From positions 1,422-65,421 of the forward strand of contig JAJZIH010000011.1 of the NCBI GenBank assembly GCA_021810635.1: a stretch of DNA of 64,000 nt. The letters are read 5' to 3'. Positions 53,607 to 63,031 of the stretch are shown piece by piece. This DNA is from Pseudomonadota bacterium (GTDB lineage: Bacteria; Pseudomonadota; Gammaproteobacteria; JAKAQQ01). The translations under genes and the position numbers were made by a program. Under the pieces are notes generated by a model. That model saw only the letters and a program-made list of their open reading frames with translations, had not been told where the DNA came from and did no database searches. Each line of letters begins with the position of its first letter. The stretch's first letter is position 1.

Positions 53607-55273
53607 GAGGCGTGTGCCGTGGGCTGGGAAGCTGGGAAGAGAATATAGAACTCGCTTCCGCCGCTTTTCCGGCTCCGGTGATGCAGGCTCAGTCCGTTCA
53701 AGGTGCAGAGTTCGCGTGCGATGAAGAGTCCGAGCCCGGTCCCCTGCGGGGCGGTGCTGTAGAAGGGATCATAAATCCGTTCGAGCAGGTTTTCCGGGAT
53801 TCCCGGGCCCCGGTCCAGAACACCCAGGAGCACGGTGCCTCCTCGGCGTAGCCGGTCCAGCCGGAACAGGACCACGGCTCGGTCGGGGTGGGTGGGAGGC
53901 GCTCCGTGGGTAAAGGCATTTTCGGCCAGGTTCCAGACGATCTGGTGCAGCAAATCCGGGCTCATGCGGGCTTCCAGCGGGTTTTGGAACCGGATCGCCC
54001 GGATCCGGTCGGAGGGTAGGGTGATCCCGTGACGGCTCGCGAATTCCTCCATGAACCCCCGGAGCCAACTGCCCAACTCCAGGGGCTGAGCCGGGCGGGT
54101 GGCCGGACGCGACAGGGTCAGGATGTTGCCGATGACCTGATTGAGCCGTTCGACCTGGTCGAGGGTGATCTGGTTGAGACGTTTGTCCTCGGGGTCGAGA
54201 GACGGGGATTCATGGAGCAACTGGGCGGCATGGCGGATGGCCGACAGTGGGTTTCGGATCTCGTGGGCAATGGCGGCGGTGAGTCGGCCCATGGACTGCA
54301 GCTTGAGTTCATGCATCTTGGCATCGAGCTGGCTCAGGTCCTCGAGAGTCAGGATATAGCCCTGCTGTCCGATCGGTCGCAGGTCCGGCAGCGCCGACCG
54401 GCCGGTCGGCGTCACGATGGGTGAGAGCGCCCGGGGCCGCTCCTGGGCCTGGTTTCTCAGGAAGCGGAGCAGGTTGAGGACATGGGGCGTGGGATCCGAA
54501 CCGGGTTGGCTGAGCAGTTGTGCGGCGGCCGCATTGAAGAACCGGATGCGGTCATCCCGGTCGAAGATCACGACCCCGGTTGGCATGCGCTGAACCAGGT
54601 AGGCGTTGAGTTCGGACAGGTTGTCGAGATCCAGTTTTTGGCGAACCAGGATCCTTTCGGTGATCCGGACCCGGTTGGACAGGGAGTAGAGGATCAACGT
54701 GATCAAAAAAAACAGGATGGAAAACAGGGCGGCATGGAGCAGGGGGCTGGTCCCGGCACCCGCCAGCCACTTGTCGAAGCCACGCGCCAGCAGGAAAAAA
54801 CTGGTGAGCGACACCAGGGTGAGGCTCCCCTCGAGACTCAGGATGGACGCTGCAACTCCCAGCGGGATCATGAAAAGATTGCTGGTGAGCAGCCAGGCTG
54901 CTCCGAGGTGGCTTTGGGCCAATGCGGCAATGAACAGCAGGTCCCCGACCAGCCCAACGAGGGGTTCCCAAATCCGCAGGCGTTGGGGCAGGCCGAGCGT
55001 CAATCCCAGGAGCAGGAGACCCCAGAGCAGGTATCCGGCCGCCTCCCACTGAAGCTGTCGGGCGGCTTCCGCGGCCAGCGGCAACCACGGGGGGTGTTCG
55101 GTCGCGGCGAGAAGGAGCAGGAGCCCAAGCGCCAGCCGGTAGCCTGTGAGGATCCGCAGGAGACGACGGGTGCGCTCGGGATCGGAACTTGCGTTCCACG
55201 CCTTCTGGCGTGGGATGGCTGCACTGGATTCGCCGGGGATCGCAAGAGGGGGGGGCGGTGGGTGAACGGACAT
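53603..55273 (-). CDS. pilS: Sensor histidine kinase PilS
   Basis: About six N-terminal TM helices, a PAS-like linker, an H-box AAIAHEIRNPLSAI, and a HATPase domain (GTGLGLFIAREL). The internal start MSVHPP was chosen. The stop overlaps the pilR start. Confidence 0.75.
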   Translation of the reverse strand: MSVHPPPPPLAIPGESSAAIPRQKAWNASSDPERTRRLLRILTGYRLALGLLLLLAATEHPPWLPLAAEAARQLQWEAAGYLLWGLLLLGLTLGLPQRLRIWEPLVGLVGDLLFIAALAQSHLGAAWLLTSNLFMIPLGVAASILSLEGSLTLVSLTSFFLLARGFDKWLAGAGTSPLLHAALFSILFFLITLILYSLSNRVRITERILVRQKLDLDNLSELNAYLVQRMPTGVVIFDRDDRIRFFNAAAAQLLSQPGSDPTPHVLNLLRFLRNQAQERPRALSPIVTPTGRSALPDLRPIGQQGYILTLEDLSQLDAKMHELKLQSMGRLTAAIAHEIRNPLSAIRHAAQLLHESPSLDPEDKRLNQITLDQVERLNQVIGNILTLSRPATRPAQPLELGSWLRGFMEEFASRHGITLPSDRIRAIRFQNPLEARMSPDLLHQIVWNLAENAFTHGAPPTHPDRAVVLFRLDRLRRGGTVLLGVLDRGPGIPENLLERIYDPFYSTAPQGTGLGLFIARELCTLNGLSLHHRSRKSGGSEFYILFPASQPTAHAS

Positions 55274-55538
55274 TCGTACACCGGGTCGGGCAACGGAGAT
55301 GATCATACACACTCCCTGGGGGGGGACGCCTGGGAGGATGGCCGTGAATTTCCGGCAGCCAAACCGCAAATCGGCGAAAATAGACCGTGAGCCGGTTCCC
55401 CGAGTATCGTGACGCCCGGATACCGGAACCTGCAAGACCGGCAGTCCGAGGGTGAAAGGGGGTCAGGCATGCGACAGGGCGAGCTCAGTTGGGGCCGGTC
55501 CCTTCATTCACCTGTCTCGATACGAGCGAGGGGTTTTC

Positions 55539-56708
55539 ATGAACCTGCACGAGTACCAGGCCAAAGAAATCTTTTCCCGTTTTGGCATCCCGGTCCCGTC
55601 CGGTGCCGTCGCCCGGACGCCGTCAGAGGCCAGTCGGGTGGCGAAGCGGCTGGGTGGTGCGGCCTGGGTGGTCAAGGCCCAGATCCATGCCGGAGGCCGG
55701 GGCAAGGCCGGAGGGGTTGAGCTGTGCCGGTCGCCCGATGGGGTGGGGGAGGTGGCCGGACGGCTGATCGGACATCGCCTGAGAACCCACCAAACAGGGC
55801 CTGACGGGTTGCCCGTTCAGGCCGTCTGGGTGGAACAGGCTTCCGACATCGGGCGTGAACTGTATCTCAGCCTGGTCGTTGACCGGGCACGCGAATGTTT
55901 GAGTTTCATTGCGTCCTCCGAAGGGGGAATGGAGATCGAAACGGTGGCTTCGACCCATCCGGAACGGATCGTGACGGTTCCCCTGCTCCCCGATCCCGGG
56001 GTCCCGGCCTATGTGGCGCGCGTCCTGGGGAGGGGCCTCCGGATGGAGGCGCCGCAGGCGACGGCGTTCTCGTCCCTCTTGGCCGCTCTGGAACAATGCA
56101 TGCGGGCGACCGATGCGTCACTCATCGAGATCAACCCGCTGATCGTGACTCGTGGCGGGGAACTTCTGGCTTTGGACGCCAAGGTGAACCTGGATGACAA
56201 CGCACTGGCCCGGCATGCGGACCTGGCTGCGCTGGACGATGCGAGCCAGCGGGATCCGGCTGAGAACGAGGCGGCCCGTGCCGGACTCAATTACGTGGCC
56301 CTGGACGGTGAGATTGCGTGCATGGTCAATGGTGCGGGGCTGGCCATGGCGACCATGGACCTGATCCAGCTCAAGGGCGGGCGGCCCGCCAACTTCCTCG
56401 ATGTTGGAGGAGACGCGACGGCGGAGCGGGTGACCGAGGCGTTCCGGATTTTCCGGACCAATCCCCGGGTCCGGTCGGTTTTTGTCAATATTTTCGGTGG
56501 GATCGTGCGCTGTGATCTGATTGCCGACGGGATTATCGCGGCGTTCAAGGAAGTGGCTCCGCGGGTGCCCGTGATTGTCCAACTGGAGGGAACCCGGGCC
56601 GAGGAAGGGCGGCGGATGTTTGCGGAGAGCCGGTTGCCGATCGAGGCGGTGTCCGGGCTGGCCCTCGCAGCAGAACGGGCGGTCCGTGCCGCCGGGGAGG
56701 CCGCATGA
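55539..56708 (+). CDS. sucC: Succinyl-CoA synthetase beta subunit
   Basis: [20 protein letters not shown] is the canonical N-terminus. 389 aa. Confidence 0.95.
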   Translation: MNLHEYQAKEIFSRFGIPVPSGAVARTPSEASRVAKRLGGAAWVVKAQIHAGGRGKAGGVELCRSPDGVGEVAGRLIGHRLRTHQTGPDGLPVQAVWVEQASDIGRELYLSLVVDRARECLSFIASSEGGMEIETVASTHPERIVTVPLLPDPGVPAYVARVLGRGLRMEAPQATAFSSLLAALEQCMRATDASLIEINPLIVTRGGELLALDAKVNLDDNALARHADLAALDDASQRDPAENEAARAGLNYVALDGEIACMVNGAGLAMATMDLIQLKGGRPANFLDVGGDATAERVTEAFRIFRTNPRVRSVFVNIFGGIVRCDLIADGIIAAFKEVAPRVPVIVQLEGTRAEEGRRMFAESRLPIEAVSGLALAAERAVRAAGEAA

Positions 56709-57583
56709 GCGTGCTCGTCGATCGCGAAACCCGCGTGATCTGCCAGGGGTTTACCGGCCGCCAGGGGACCTTTCATTGCGAACAGGCCATCCAGTATGGA
56801 ACCTGCCTCGTGGGCGGTGTGACGCCCGGGCGGGGCGGGACCCGTCATCTGGACCGACCCGTGTTTGATACGGTGCGCGATGCCGTTGCCGGGACGGAGG
56901 CTCACGCGAGCCTCATTTTCGTGCCGGCCACCGGTGCGGCGGATGCCATCCTCGAAGCCGCGGATGCCGGGATCCGGCTCATTGTCTGCATCACGGAGCA
57001 CATTCCAGTACTCGACATGATGCGGGTCAAAACCGCCCTCCGGAACCGGCCGGAAACCCGGCTGATCGGCCCGAACTGTCCGGGCATCATCACCCCGGAC
57101 GGATGCAAGATGGGCATCATGCCCGGATCGATCCACCGGCGGGGAAGAATCGGGATCGTCTCCCGCTCCGGCACCCTGACCTATGTCGCCGTGCACCAGA
57201 CGACGGAAGCCGGTCTGGGACAGTCGACCTGCATTGGGATCGGCGGTGATCCCATTCACGGGATCGGATTCATCGACTGTCTGGCCCTGTTCGAAGCCGA
57301 TCCCGAGACCGAGGGCATTGTCCTCGTGGGTGAGATCGGCGGGAACGACGAGGAAAAGGCGGCGGCCTACATCCGGGATCACGTCACCAAGCCGGTGGTC
57401 GCCTATGTCGCGGGAGTCACCGCTCCGCCCGGGAAGCGCATGGGACATGCGGGTGCCATCATTTCGGGAGGAGCCGGAACGGCCGCCGAAAAGTACCGGG
57501 CCTTCGAGGAGGCCTTCGTCACGGTCGTCCATTCCCCGGCCGACATGGGACAGGCGATGAGTGATCGGCTGAAGCGCCACTAA
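56705..57583 (+). CDS. sucD: Succinyl-CoA synthetase alpha subunit
   Basis: [14 protein letters not shown]...SRSGTLTY...MGHAGAII (catalytic His loop). Confidence 0.95.
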   Translation: MSVLVDRETRVICQGFTGRQGTFHCEQAIQYGTCLVGGVTPGRGGTRHLDRPVFDTVRDAVAGTEAHASLIFVPATGAADAILEAADAGIRLIVCITEHIPVLDMMRVKTALRNRPETRLIGPNCPGIITPDGCKMGIMPGSIHRRGRIGIVSRSGTLTYVAVHQTTEAGLGQSTCIGIGGDPIHGIGFIDCLALFEADPETEGIVLVGEIGGNDEEKAAAYIRDHVTKPVVAYVAGVTAPPGKRMGHAGAIISGGAGTAAEKYRAFEEAFVTVVHSPADMGQAMSDRLKRH

Positions 57584-57608
57584 ATCCCTTTCGCTGGATC
57601 CACGAACG

Positions 57609-59285
57609 ATGCGCGGACTGCCCTGGCCGATCGTCCTGGCCCAGATCAATCCCCGTGTGGGGGATATCGACGGCAATGTCACGTCCATTCTCGATGCGGC
57701 CCGCGCGGCCCAGGCGGGGCGCCAGGCATGGCTCACGGTCTTTCCGGAACTGGTGCTCTCTGGATATCCGCCGCGCGATCTCCTGTTTCACCCGGACTTC
57801 CGCAGCCAGGTGGAGGCGGGTCTGTCCCGTCTCGTGGCCGCCTGGGCGGGTCCGCCGATTGTGGTCGGTCACCCGCATTACGACCGGTCCCGGATTTACA
57901 ACGCGGCCTCCGTCATTGCCGGGGGGCGCGTTGTCGCCCGCGCATTCAAGCAGTGCCTGCCGAACTACGGGGTGTTTGACGAAAAGCGGTACTTTACGCC
58001 GGGGACGCAGACGGTGGTCTGGGACCATGACGGAACGCGCATCGCGTTGCTGGTTTGCGAGGATCTGTGGGAGCCCGGACCGGCGGCGGGGGGACGGGCG
58101 CAGGGAGCGGAACTCCTGGTCGGCATCAGCGCCTCGCCCTTCTGCATCGGAAAGGCCGTTGAACGCGAACGGGTGTTCGCCGCCCGGGTCCGGGAAACCG
58201 GGATTCCCCTCGTCTGCACCAATCTCGTGGGGGGGCAGGATGAACTCGTGTTCGACGGGGCCTCGCTCGCCCTGACCCCGGGTGCCGGGGTCGTGGCCCG
58301 GGCTCCGGCCTGCGTCGCCGGGCTGTGGCCGGTGCCGGTCGTGGACCGGGCGGGCGCCATCCGGCCCGATTCTCCGGATCTGGAAGCAGTCCCGGAAGTG
58401 GCCGAATCGGTCTATCCCGCACTCCGGTTGGCTGTGGCGGATTATGTCCACAAGAACGGGTTTGGCGGCGTTCTCATCGGACTGTCCGGCGGTATCGACT
58501 CATCGCTGACCGCGGCCATTGCGGTGGATGCCTTGGGGGCCCATGCGGTTCGGGGCGTGCTCATGCCGTCACGCCACACTTCGGCACTCTCGCGTACGGC
58601 GGCACTCGCCGAGGCGCGCTCGCTCGGGATCCCGACCGTTGAATTGCCCATTGAACCGGTTCTCGCGGCGTTCCGGAAAGCACTCGGGCCGGCGGATCTG
58701 ACAGCCCACCGATCGGTGGTCGAGGAAAATCTCCAGGCCCGGATCCGCGGTGTTCTGCTCATGGCGCTGTCCAACGCGGAGGGCCGCATCGTTCTCGCGA
58801 CCGGGAACAAGAGTGAGTTGGCCACGGGATACGCGACACTCTACGGTGACATGGCGGGAGGATTCGCGCCGCTGGCGGATGTGCCGAAGACCCTGGTCTT
58901 CGACCTGGCGCGCTACCGGAACCGGATCTCCCCGGTCATCCCCGAGGCCGTTCTGGAACGCGAACCGACGGCCGAGCTGCGCGAGGGGCAGAGGGACCGG
59001 GACACCCTGCCGCCCTACGAGGTTCTGGATCCCATCCTGAGTGCGTTCGTTGAGGCCGATTGCCCCTTCGTGGAGATGGCCGGCTCCCTGGGCAGTGCCG
59101 GAACCGTCCGGGACGTGCTCCGGCGGGTTGCCGCGAGCGAGTACAAAAGGCGCCAGGCGGCCCTGGGGGTCAAAATCACCTCCCGTGCCTTCGGAATCGA
59201 GCGCCGCTACCCGGTGACCTCGGGGTTTGATGCCGCCTCGGGTGCCGGAGAACGGAAGGCGGAGGACCGGGAGTCAGGAGCGTGA
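57609..59285 (+). CDS. nadE: Glutamine-dependent NAD+ synthetase
   Basis: N-terminal CN-hydrolase domain (FPELVLSGY, LVCEDLW) plus a C-terminal synthetase domain with SGGIDSS. Confidence 0.9.
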   Translation: MRGLPWPIVLAQINPRVGDIDGNVTSILDAARAAQAGRQAWLTVFPELVLSGYPPRDLLFHPDFRSQVEAGLSRLVAAWAGPPIVVGHPHYDRSRIYNAASVIAGGRVVARAFKQCLPNYGVFDEKRYFTPGTQTVVWDHDGTRIALLVCEDLWEPGPAAGGRAQGAELLVGISASPFCIGKAVERERVFAARVRETGIPLVCTNLVGGQDELVFDGASLALTPGAGVVARAPACVAGLWPVPVVDRAGAIRPDSPDLEAVPEVAESVYPALRLAVADYVHKNGFGGVLIGLSGGIDSSLTAAIAVDALGAHAVRGVLMPSRHTSALSRTAALAEARSLGIPTVELPIEPVLAAFRKALGPADLTAHRSVVEENLQARIRGVLLMALSNAEGRIVLATGNKSELATGYATLYGDMAGGFAPLADVPKTLVFDLARYRNRISPVIPEAVLEREPTAELREGQRDRDTLPPYEVLDPILSAFVEADCPFVEMAGSLGSAGTVRDVLRRVAASEYKRRQAALGVKITSRAFGIERRYPVTSGFDAASGAGERKAEDRESGA

Positions 59286-60026
59286 ATGGGCACTGCGCTC
59301 GGCCTTGAGGAGCGCTTCTGCCTGGTGCGCAAGCACCGGTTCTCCGAGGTGCCGGTAGTCCCGGATCAGGATCCTGAGTGCATCGTGCACCGCGGGAGTC
59401 ATCCCGAGCTTCCGGACGATGTCGGCCGCACGGTTGGCGGATGCGACGAATGCACCCTTCTCCAGCAGGAAACGCGCGATGTAGAGATCGTGTTTTGCGA
59501 TCCGGTTGCGGATCCGGGCCATCTCGTACCGGCCGTAGAGCGAATAGGGAGAGGAGGGATAGTGGTCCAGGAGTTTCTTGTAATCGTCGAATGCAGTCCT
59601 CAACCGCCGGATGTTTCTCTTGGCGGGATCGACGCCAAACAGCCGGTCGACGAAGTTGAGATCGATCTGGGACTCGGAGACGGCCACCATGAAGTAGGCG
59701 TAGGGAGCGTCCGGGCTCTTGGGATGTTCCTGGATGAAACGGCGTGCCGAGTTGGCGGCCTCGTGGTCGTGGCCCGCCATGAAGTGGGTGTAGATCAGGT
59801 AGAGAGCCGCCTCGCGGGCGTAGTGCTTGAACGGGTAGTCGGCCTTGAGACTGCGGAAGTAGGCTTCGGCGACCTTGTAGTTGGCGGCCTCCAGAGCACG
59901 CCGGCCATGGCCGTAGAGGGAGGCGGCGTTGGGGCGGCTGTGATGGGTGGGCGTGCCTGCACAACCGGCCAGAACCAGGGCCGCAAGGGCCGGGGCGGCG
60001 GCGAAAAACAGACGACGGTGACTCAT
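59274..60026 (-). CDS. bamD: Outer membrane protein assembly factor BamD
   Basis: Lipoprotein signal with lipobox LAGC. TPR-like body (YKVAEAYFRSL...YAYFMVAVS). Divergent from rluD as in E. coli. Confidence 0.85.
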   Translation of the reverse strand: MSHRRLFFAAAPALAALVLAGCAGTPTHHSRPNAASLYGHGRRALEAANYKVAEAYFRSLKADYPFKHYAREAALYLIYTHFMAGHDHEAANSARRFIQEHPKSPDAPYAYFMVAVSESQIDLNFVDRLFGVDPAKRNIRRLRTAFDDYKKLLDHYPSSPYSLYGRYEMARIRNRIAKHDLYIARFLLEKGAFVASANRAADIVRKLGMTPAVHDALRILIRDYRHLGEPVLAHQAEALLKAERSAHSRS

Positions 60027-61050
60027 GGACGGTGAGGGATCCGGGTGCGGCGGGAAGGCGGCAAGTATAACGCGGAAGAACCCCGCTCCGGAAATCCCGC
60101 CCCCGCCGGTCTTGGTTCCGGCTCCGTGTGCCGGGCGGCGGCTGGACCAGGTCCTGGTCGAACTGTACCCTGAATTTTCGCGCAGCCGTCTCGCGGATCT
60201 GGCCCGCGGGGGACGGGTCCGCCTGTCCGGACAGGCGGCCCTTCCCGGTCGCAGGGTGAAGGCCGGCGAGAGTCTTGAGGTCGATTTCCGAACGATCTCC
60301 TCCTCCCCGGTCGGTCCGGAACCCATGGGGCTGGTCGTGGTCGGGGAGGACTCTGACCTCATCGTGGTCGACAAACCGGCCGGACTGGTGGTGCATCCCG
60401 GAGCCGGCCATCCCGGCGGGACCCTGCTCAATGGGCTCCTGTCCCGTTATCCGGAGCTTGCGGGGGTTCCCCGGAGTGGCCTCGTGCATCGTCTGGACAA
60501 GGATACGAGCGGACTCCTCGTGATTGCCCGCAATGAATCCGCCCATGCCGCCCTGACCCGGGCCATCGCCGCCCGTGAGGTCCGCCGGGAGTATTGGGCA
60601 CTGGTGCTGGGCGAGCCCACGGCGGGGCGGAGAATTGAGGCTCCTCTGGGGCGGGATCGCCGGAACCGGCTGCGACGGGCGGTCGTGCCGTCCGGGAAGA
60701 CGGCCGATACCACCTTCCGGGTCCGGGAGCGTTTCACGGGAGCCTGCCTGATCGAAGCCTCCCTGGGAACGGGGCGCACCCACCAGATCCGGGTCCATCT
60801 TGCCCATATCGGCCATCCCCTGGTTGGCGATGCGCTCTACGGAGGTCGATCGCGCAGCGCGCGTGGCATGAGTGCCGAGGTGCGTACCGCCGTCCGGAGT
60901 TTCCCCCGCCAGGCCCTTCATGCCCGGGCATTGGCATTTGCGCATCCGCGGACGGGTGAGCCGTGCGAGTGGCAGGCCCCCCTGCCGCCGGATCTGGCGG
61001 GATTGCTCGAGGTGATGCGGGCCGCGGAAGCCCGCGGGCGCGATGGGTAG
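60025..61050 (+). CDS. rluD: 23S rRNA pseudouridine synthase RluD
   Basis: S4 domain (RLDQVLVELYPEFSRSRL) and catalytic motif HRLDKDTSGLLV. The true start may lie a little downstream of 60025. Confidence 0.85.
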   Translation: MDGEGSGCGGKAASITRKNPAPEIPPPPVLVPAPCAGRRLDQVLVELYPEFSRSRLADLARGGRVRLSGQAALPGRRVKAGESLEVDFRTISSSPVGPEPMGLVVVGEDSDLIVVDKPAGLVVHPGAGHPGGTLLNGLLSRYPELAGVPRSGLVHRLDKDTSGLLVIARNESAHAALTRAIAAREVRREYWALVLGEPTAGRRIEAPLGRDRRNRLRRAVVPSGKTADTTFRVRERFTGACLIEASLGTGRTHQIRVHLAHIGHPLVGDALYGGRSRSARGMSAEVRTAVRSFPRQALHARALAFAHPRTGEPCEWQAPLPPDLAGLLEVMRAAEARGRDG

Positions 61051-61089
61051 TTCCTTTCGCGTTTTGTCCCGGACGGGGGGGGAGGGTGC

Positions 61090-61881
61090 ATGACGGGTGC
61101 CCGGACCGGTTACCGGTGGCGGCGCTTGCAGTCGCTGCTTTTCATCGAGCCGGCCTGGCCGGCCCCGGCCCCGGTGCGTGCCTGGGTGACCACCCGTCCG
61201 GGTGGTGTCAGCACCGGGCCCCATGCGGCGCTCAATCTGGCCACCCATGTGGGGGATGATCCCGGTGCGGTCGTGCGGAACCGGGAGCGGCTGGCGTCCG
61301 CCCTGTCGCTGCCGTCCGAACCGATCTGGCTCACACAGGTTCATGGATCCCACGTGCTCGACGGCCCGGAGCCGGCCCGATCCTTCGCCGACGAGCCGGC
61401 CGATGCCGCCACCACGGTCGAGCGGGGAGTGGTGCTCGCCGTGCTCACGGCGGATTGCCTGCCGGTTTTCTTCGCGGATCGGGCCGGACGGCGCGTGGCG
61501 GTTGCGCATGCGGGCTGGCGGGGCCTCGCGCAGGGCGTTCTCGAAGCGACCCTGGAGGCGATGGCGTTCGACCCCGCCGAGCTGGTGGCCTGGATCGGAC
61601 CGGGGATCGAGGGGGACTGCTACGAAACCGGACCGGCCGTGCGGGAGGCATTTGCGGATCCGGAAGACCGGGAATTCTTCCTGCCGTCGGGACGCCCGGG
61701 GCATTTTGGGGTGGATCTGGCGGCTCTCGCCTGCGCCCGCCTCAAGCGGCGAGGTGTCGGCTGGGTCGGACGCTGTCCGCTCGGGACCGGCGGGCATCCC
61801 GAACTGTTTTACTCCTACCGCCGAGACGGGGAGACCGGCCGCATGGCGAGCCTCATTTATCTCGATCCCGGGCAGCCGTGA
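61090..61881 (+). CDS. pgeF: YfiH/PgeF laccase-domain protein (peptidoglycan editing factor)
   Basis: TTRPGGVS...LNLATHVGD...QVHG...ADC.PV...HAGWRG motifs. Conserved rluD-pgeF synteny. Confidence 0.85.
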   Translation: MTGARTGYRWRRLQSLLFIEPAWPAPAPVRAWVTTRPGGVSTGPHAALNLATHVGDDPGAVVRNRERLASALSLPSEPIWLTQVHGSHVLDGPEPARSFADEPADAATTVERGVVLAVLTADCLPVFFADRAGRRVAVAHAGWRGLAQGVLEATLEAMAFDPAELVAWIGPGIEGDCYETGPAVREAFADPEDREFFLPSGRPGHFGVDLAALACARLKRRGVGWVGRCPLGTGGHPELFYSYRRDGETGRMASLIYLDPGQP

Positions 61882-62401
61882 GCGGCGTGGGGGAGCCGGG
61901 GGATTTCTGCCACAGCCGCCTGAGCAGTCGCGAGAAGAGCACATAGACGGCGGGGGCGAAGAGCAGGCTCGTCACCGTCCATCCGAGGAGCCCCTCGAGA
62001 AGATAGACCCAGAACTGTCCCAGGGCATGGATCCACCCGGCCTGAAACCAGGACAGGATTTCGTGGCGGGAAAGCGTGAGCGGATTGCCGCTCACCAGCC
62101 AGTGCCCCAACTCGATGAAGGGCAGCAAAAAGAGGATCTCGAGCGGATAGACCGCATAGTTCACGATCTGGATCAGCGCCAGGTTGAGCCCCAATCCGAG
62201 CGCGATTGCGGTGCAAAGAAGCGTGGTGGTCCCGATCGCCGGATTGATTCCGACGAAGGCACCGCAGACCAGAGTCAGGGCAATCCGTTCCGGGGTCAGA
62301 CCCTGGAGCAGAAGTTCATGGATCTTGCGGGTGGTTTGCCGGAGCGGATTTTTCACGGGCAGAAAGGCGCTGCCGCGACCCGCCGGCGATGGATCCCACA
62401 C
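61853..62401 (-). CDS. DUF2062-like small polytopic membrane protein
   Basis: LTPERIALTLVCGAFVGINPAIGTTTLLC followed by further TM helices. GTG start. Confidence 0.5.
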   Translation of the reverse strand: MWDPSPAGRGSAFLPVKNPLRQTTRKIHELLLQGLTPERIALTLVCGAFVGINPAIGTTTLLCTAIALGLGLNLALIQIVNYAVYPLEILFLLPFIELGHWLVSGNPLTLSRHEILSWFQAGWIHALGQFWVYLLEGLLGWTVTSLLFAPAVYVLFSRLLRRLWQKSPGSPTPLTAARDRDK

Positions 62402-62465
62402 GGTCTCCGATGATCCGCCCCGGGCGGATCCGGAGCCTCGCTTCCGGACGAAGGGACGGCGCGCT

Positions 62466-62888
62466 TCACGGCGTCGGCCTGAGAGACGATTCGAGACGGG
62501 CCCGGGTTTCTTCGAGGAGATCCGGACGGCGGACGGCGACGAACACGGTATCGTCGCCGGCCAGTGAGCCGGCCACGCCCTCCAGCTTGAGCTGGTCGAT
62601 TTTAAGTCCCAGGGCCTGTGCGAATCCCGGCGCGGTGCGGATCACGAGGAGGTTGGGAGGAGACAGTTCCACCTCGAAGGGGAGGGGATTGGTATTGCGC
62701 AGCGGCTCGAAATGGGCATAGCGGCCACGGACCTTGCGGATGGAGAGCCGGGCCAACCGCCGCGACAGCGTGGGCTGGGTCAGGCTGATCCCGTGTTCTT
62801 GCAGGCGGGCCCGTATGGTTTCCTGGTCCGGGATCGTCTCTTCCATGACCAAGGCAAGGAGGACTTCGTCTGTTTTTTCGCTGATCAT
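62466..62888 (-). CDS. argR: Arginine repressor
   Basis: Winged-helix region QETIRARLQEHGISLTQPTLSRRLARLSIRKV and C-terminal oligomerisation motif GSLAGDDTVFV. Divergent from argD across an AT-rich region with ARG-box-like repeats. Confidence 0.85.
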   Translation of the reverse strand: MISEKTDEVLLALVMEETIPDQETIRARLQEHGISLTQPTLSRRLARLSIRKVRGRYAHFEPLRNTNPLPFEVELSPPNLLVIRTAPGFAQALGLKIDQLKLEGVAGSLAGDDTVFVAVRRPDLLEETRARLESSLRPTP

Positions 62889-63031
62889 GAATGAATTTTA
62901 CATTAGATGAATATCAGAAGGCAAAATATTGAGATATAGCGAATCTAAATCCTAGGGAAATAAGCTTGACATATCGATATTGAATGAATATTATAGGGTC
63001 TTGACCCATTTTTATGTGAATAATATTATGC
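62887..63031. promoter_or_regulatory. AT-rich argR/argD control region with three ARG-box-like TGAAT(G/A)AAT-rich repeats
   Basis: TGAATGAATTTTACATT (62888), TGAATGAATATTATAG (62981) and TGAATAATATTATG (63016). The E. coli ARG-box consensus is TNTGAATWWWWATTCANW. Confidence 0.5.
62966..62994 (+). promoter_or_regulatory. Sigma70-type promoter for argD (TTGACA-N17-TATTAT)
   Basis: TTGACA at 62966-62971, a 17-nt spacer, then TATTAT at 62989-62994. The spacer and -10 element overlap the second ARG-box-like repeat. Confidence 0.5.

Noticed and set aside
59176-61944. 922-aa minus-strand ORF spanning nadE end, bamD, rluD and pgeF
   Set aside because: It is out of frame with bamD and antisense to rluD and pgeF, all of which have clear signatures. 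The translation is Arg/Pro/Gly-rich.
63001-63029. Second TTGACC-N17-TATTAT promoter-like element
   Set aside because: Its -10 hexamer overlaps the argD ATG, so it would start transcription inside the coding sequence. It is more likely a by-product of the AT-rich ARG-box repeat. The upstream TTGACA-N17-TATTAT is preferred.
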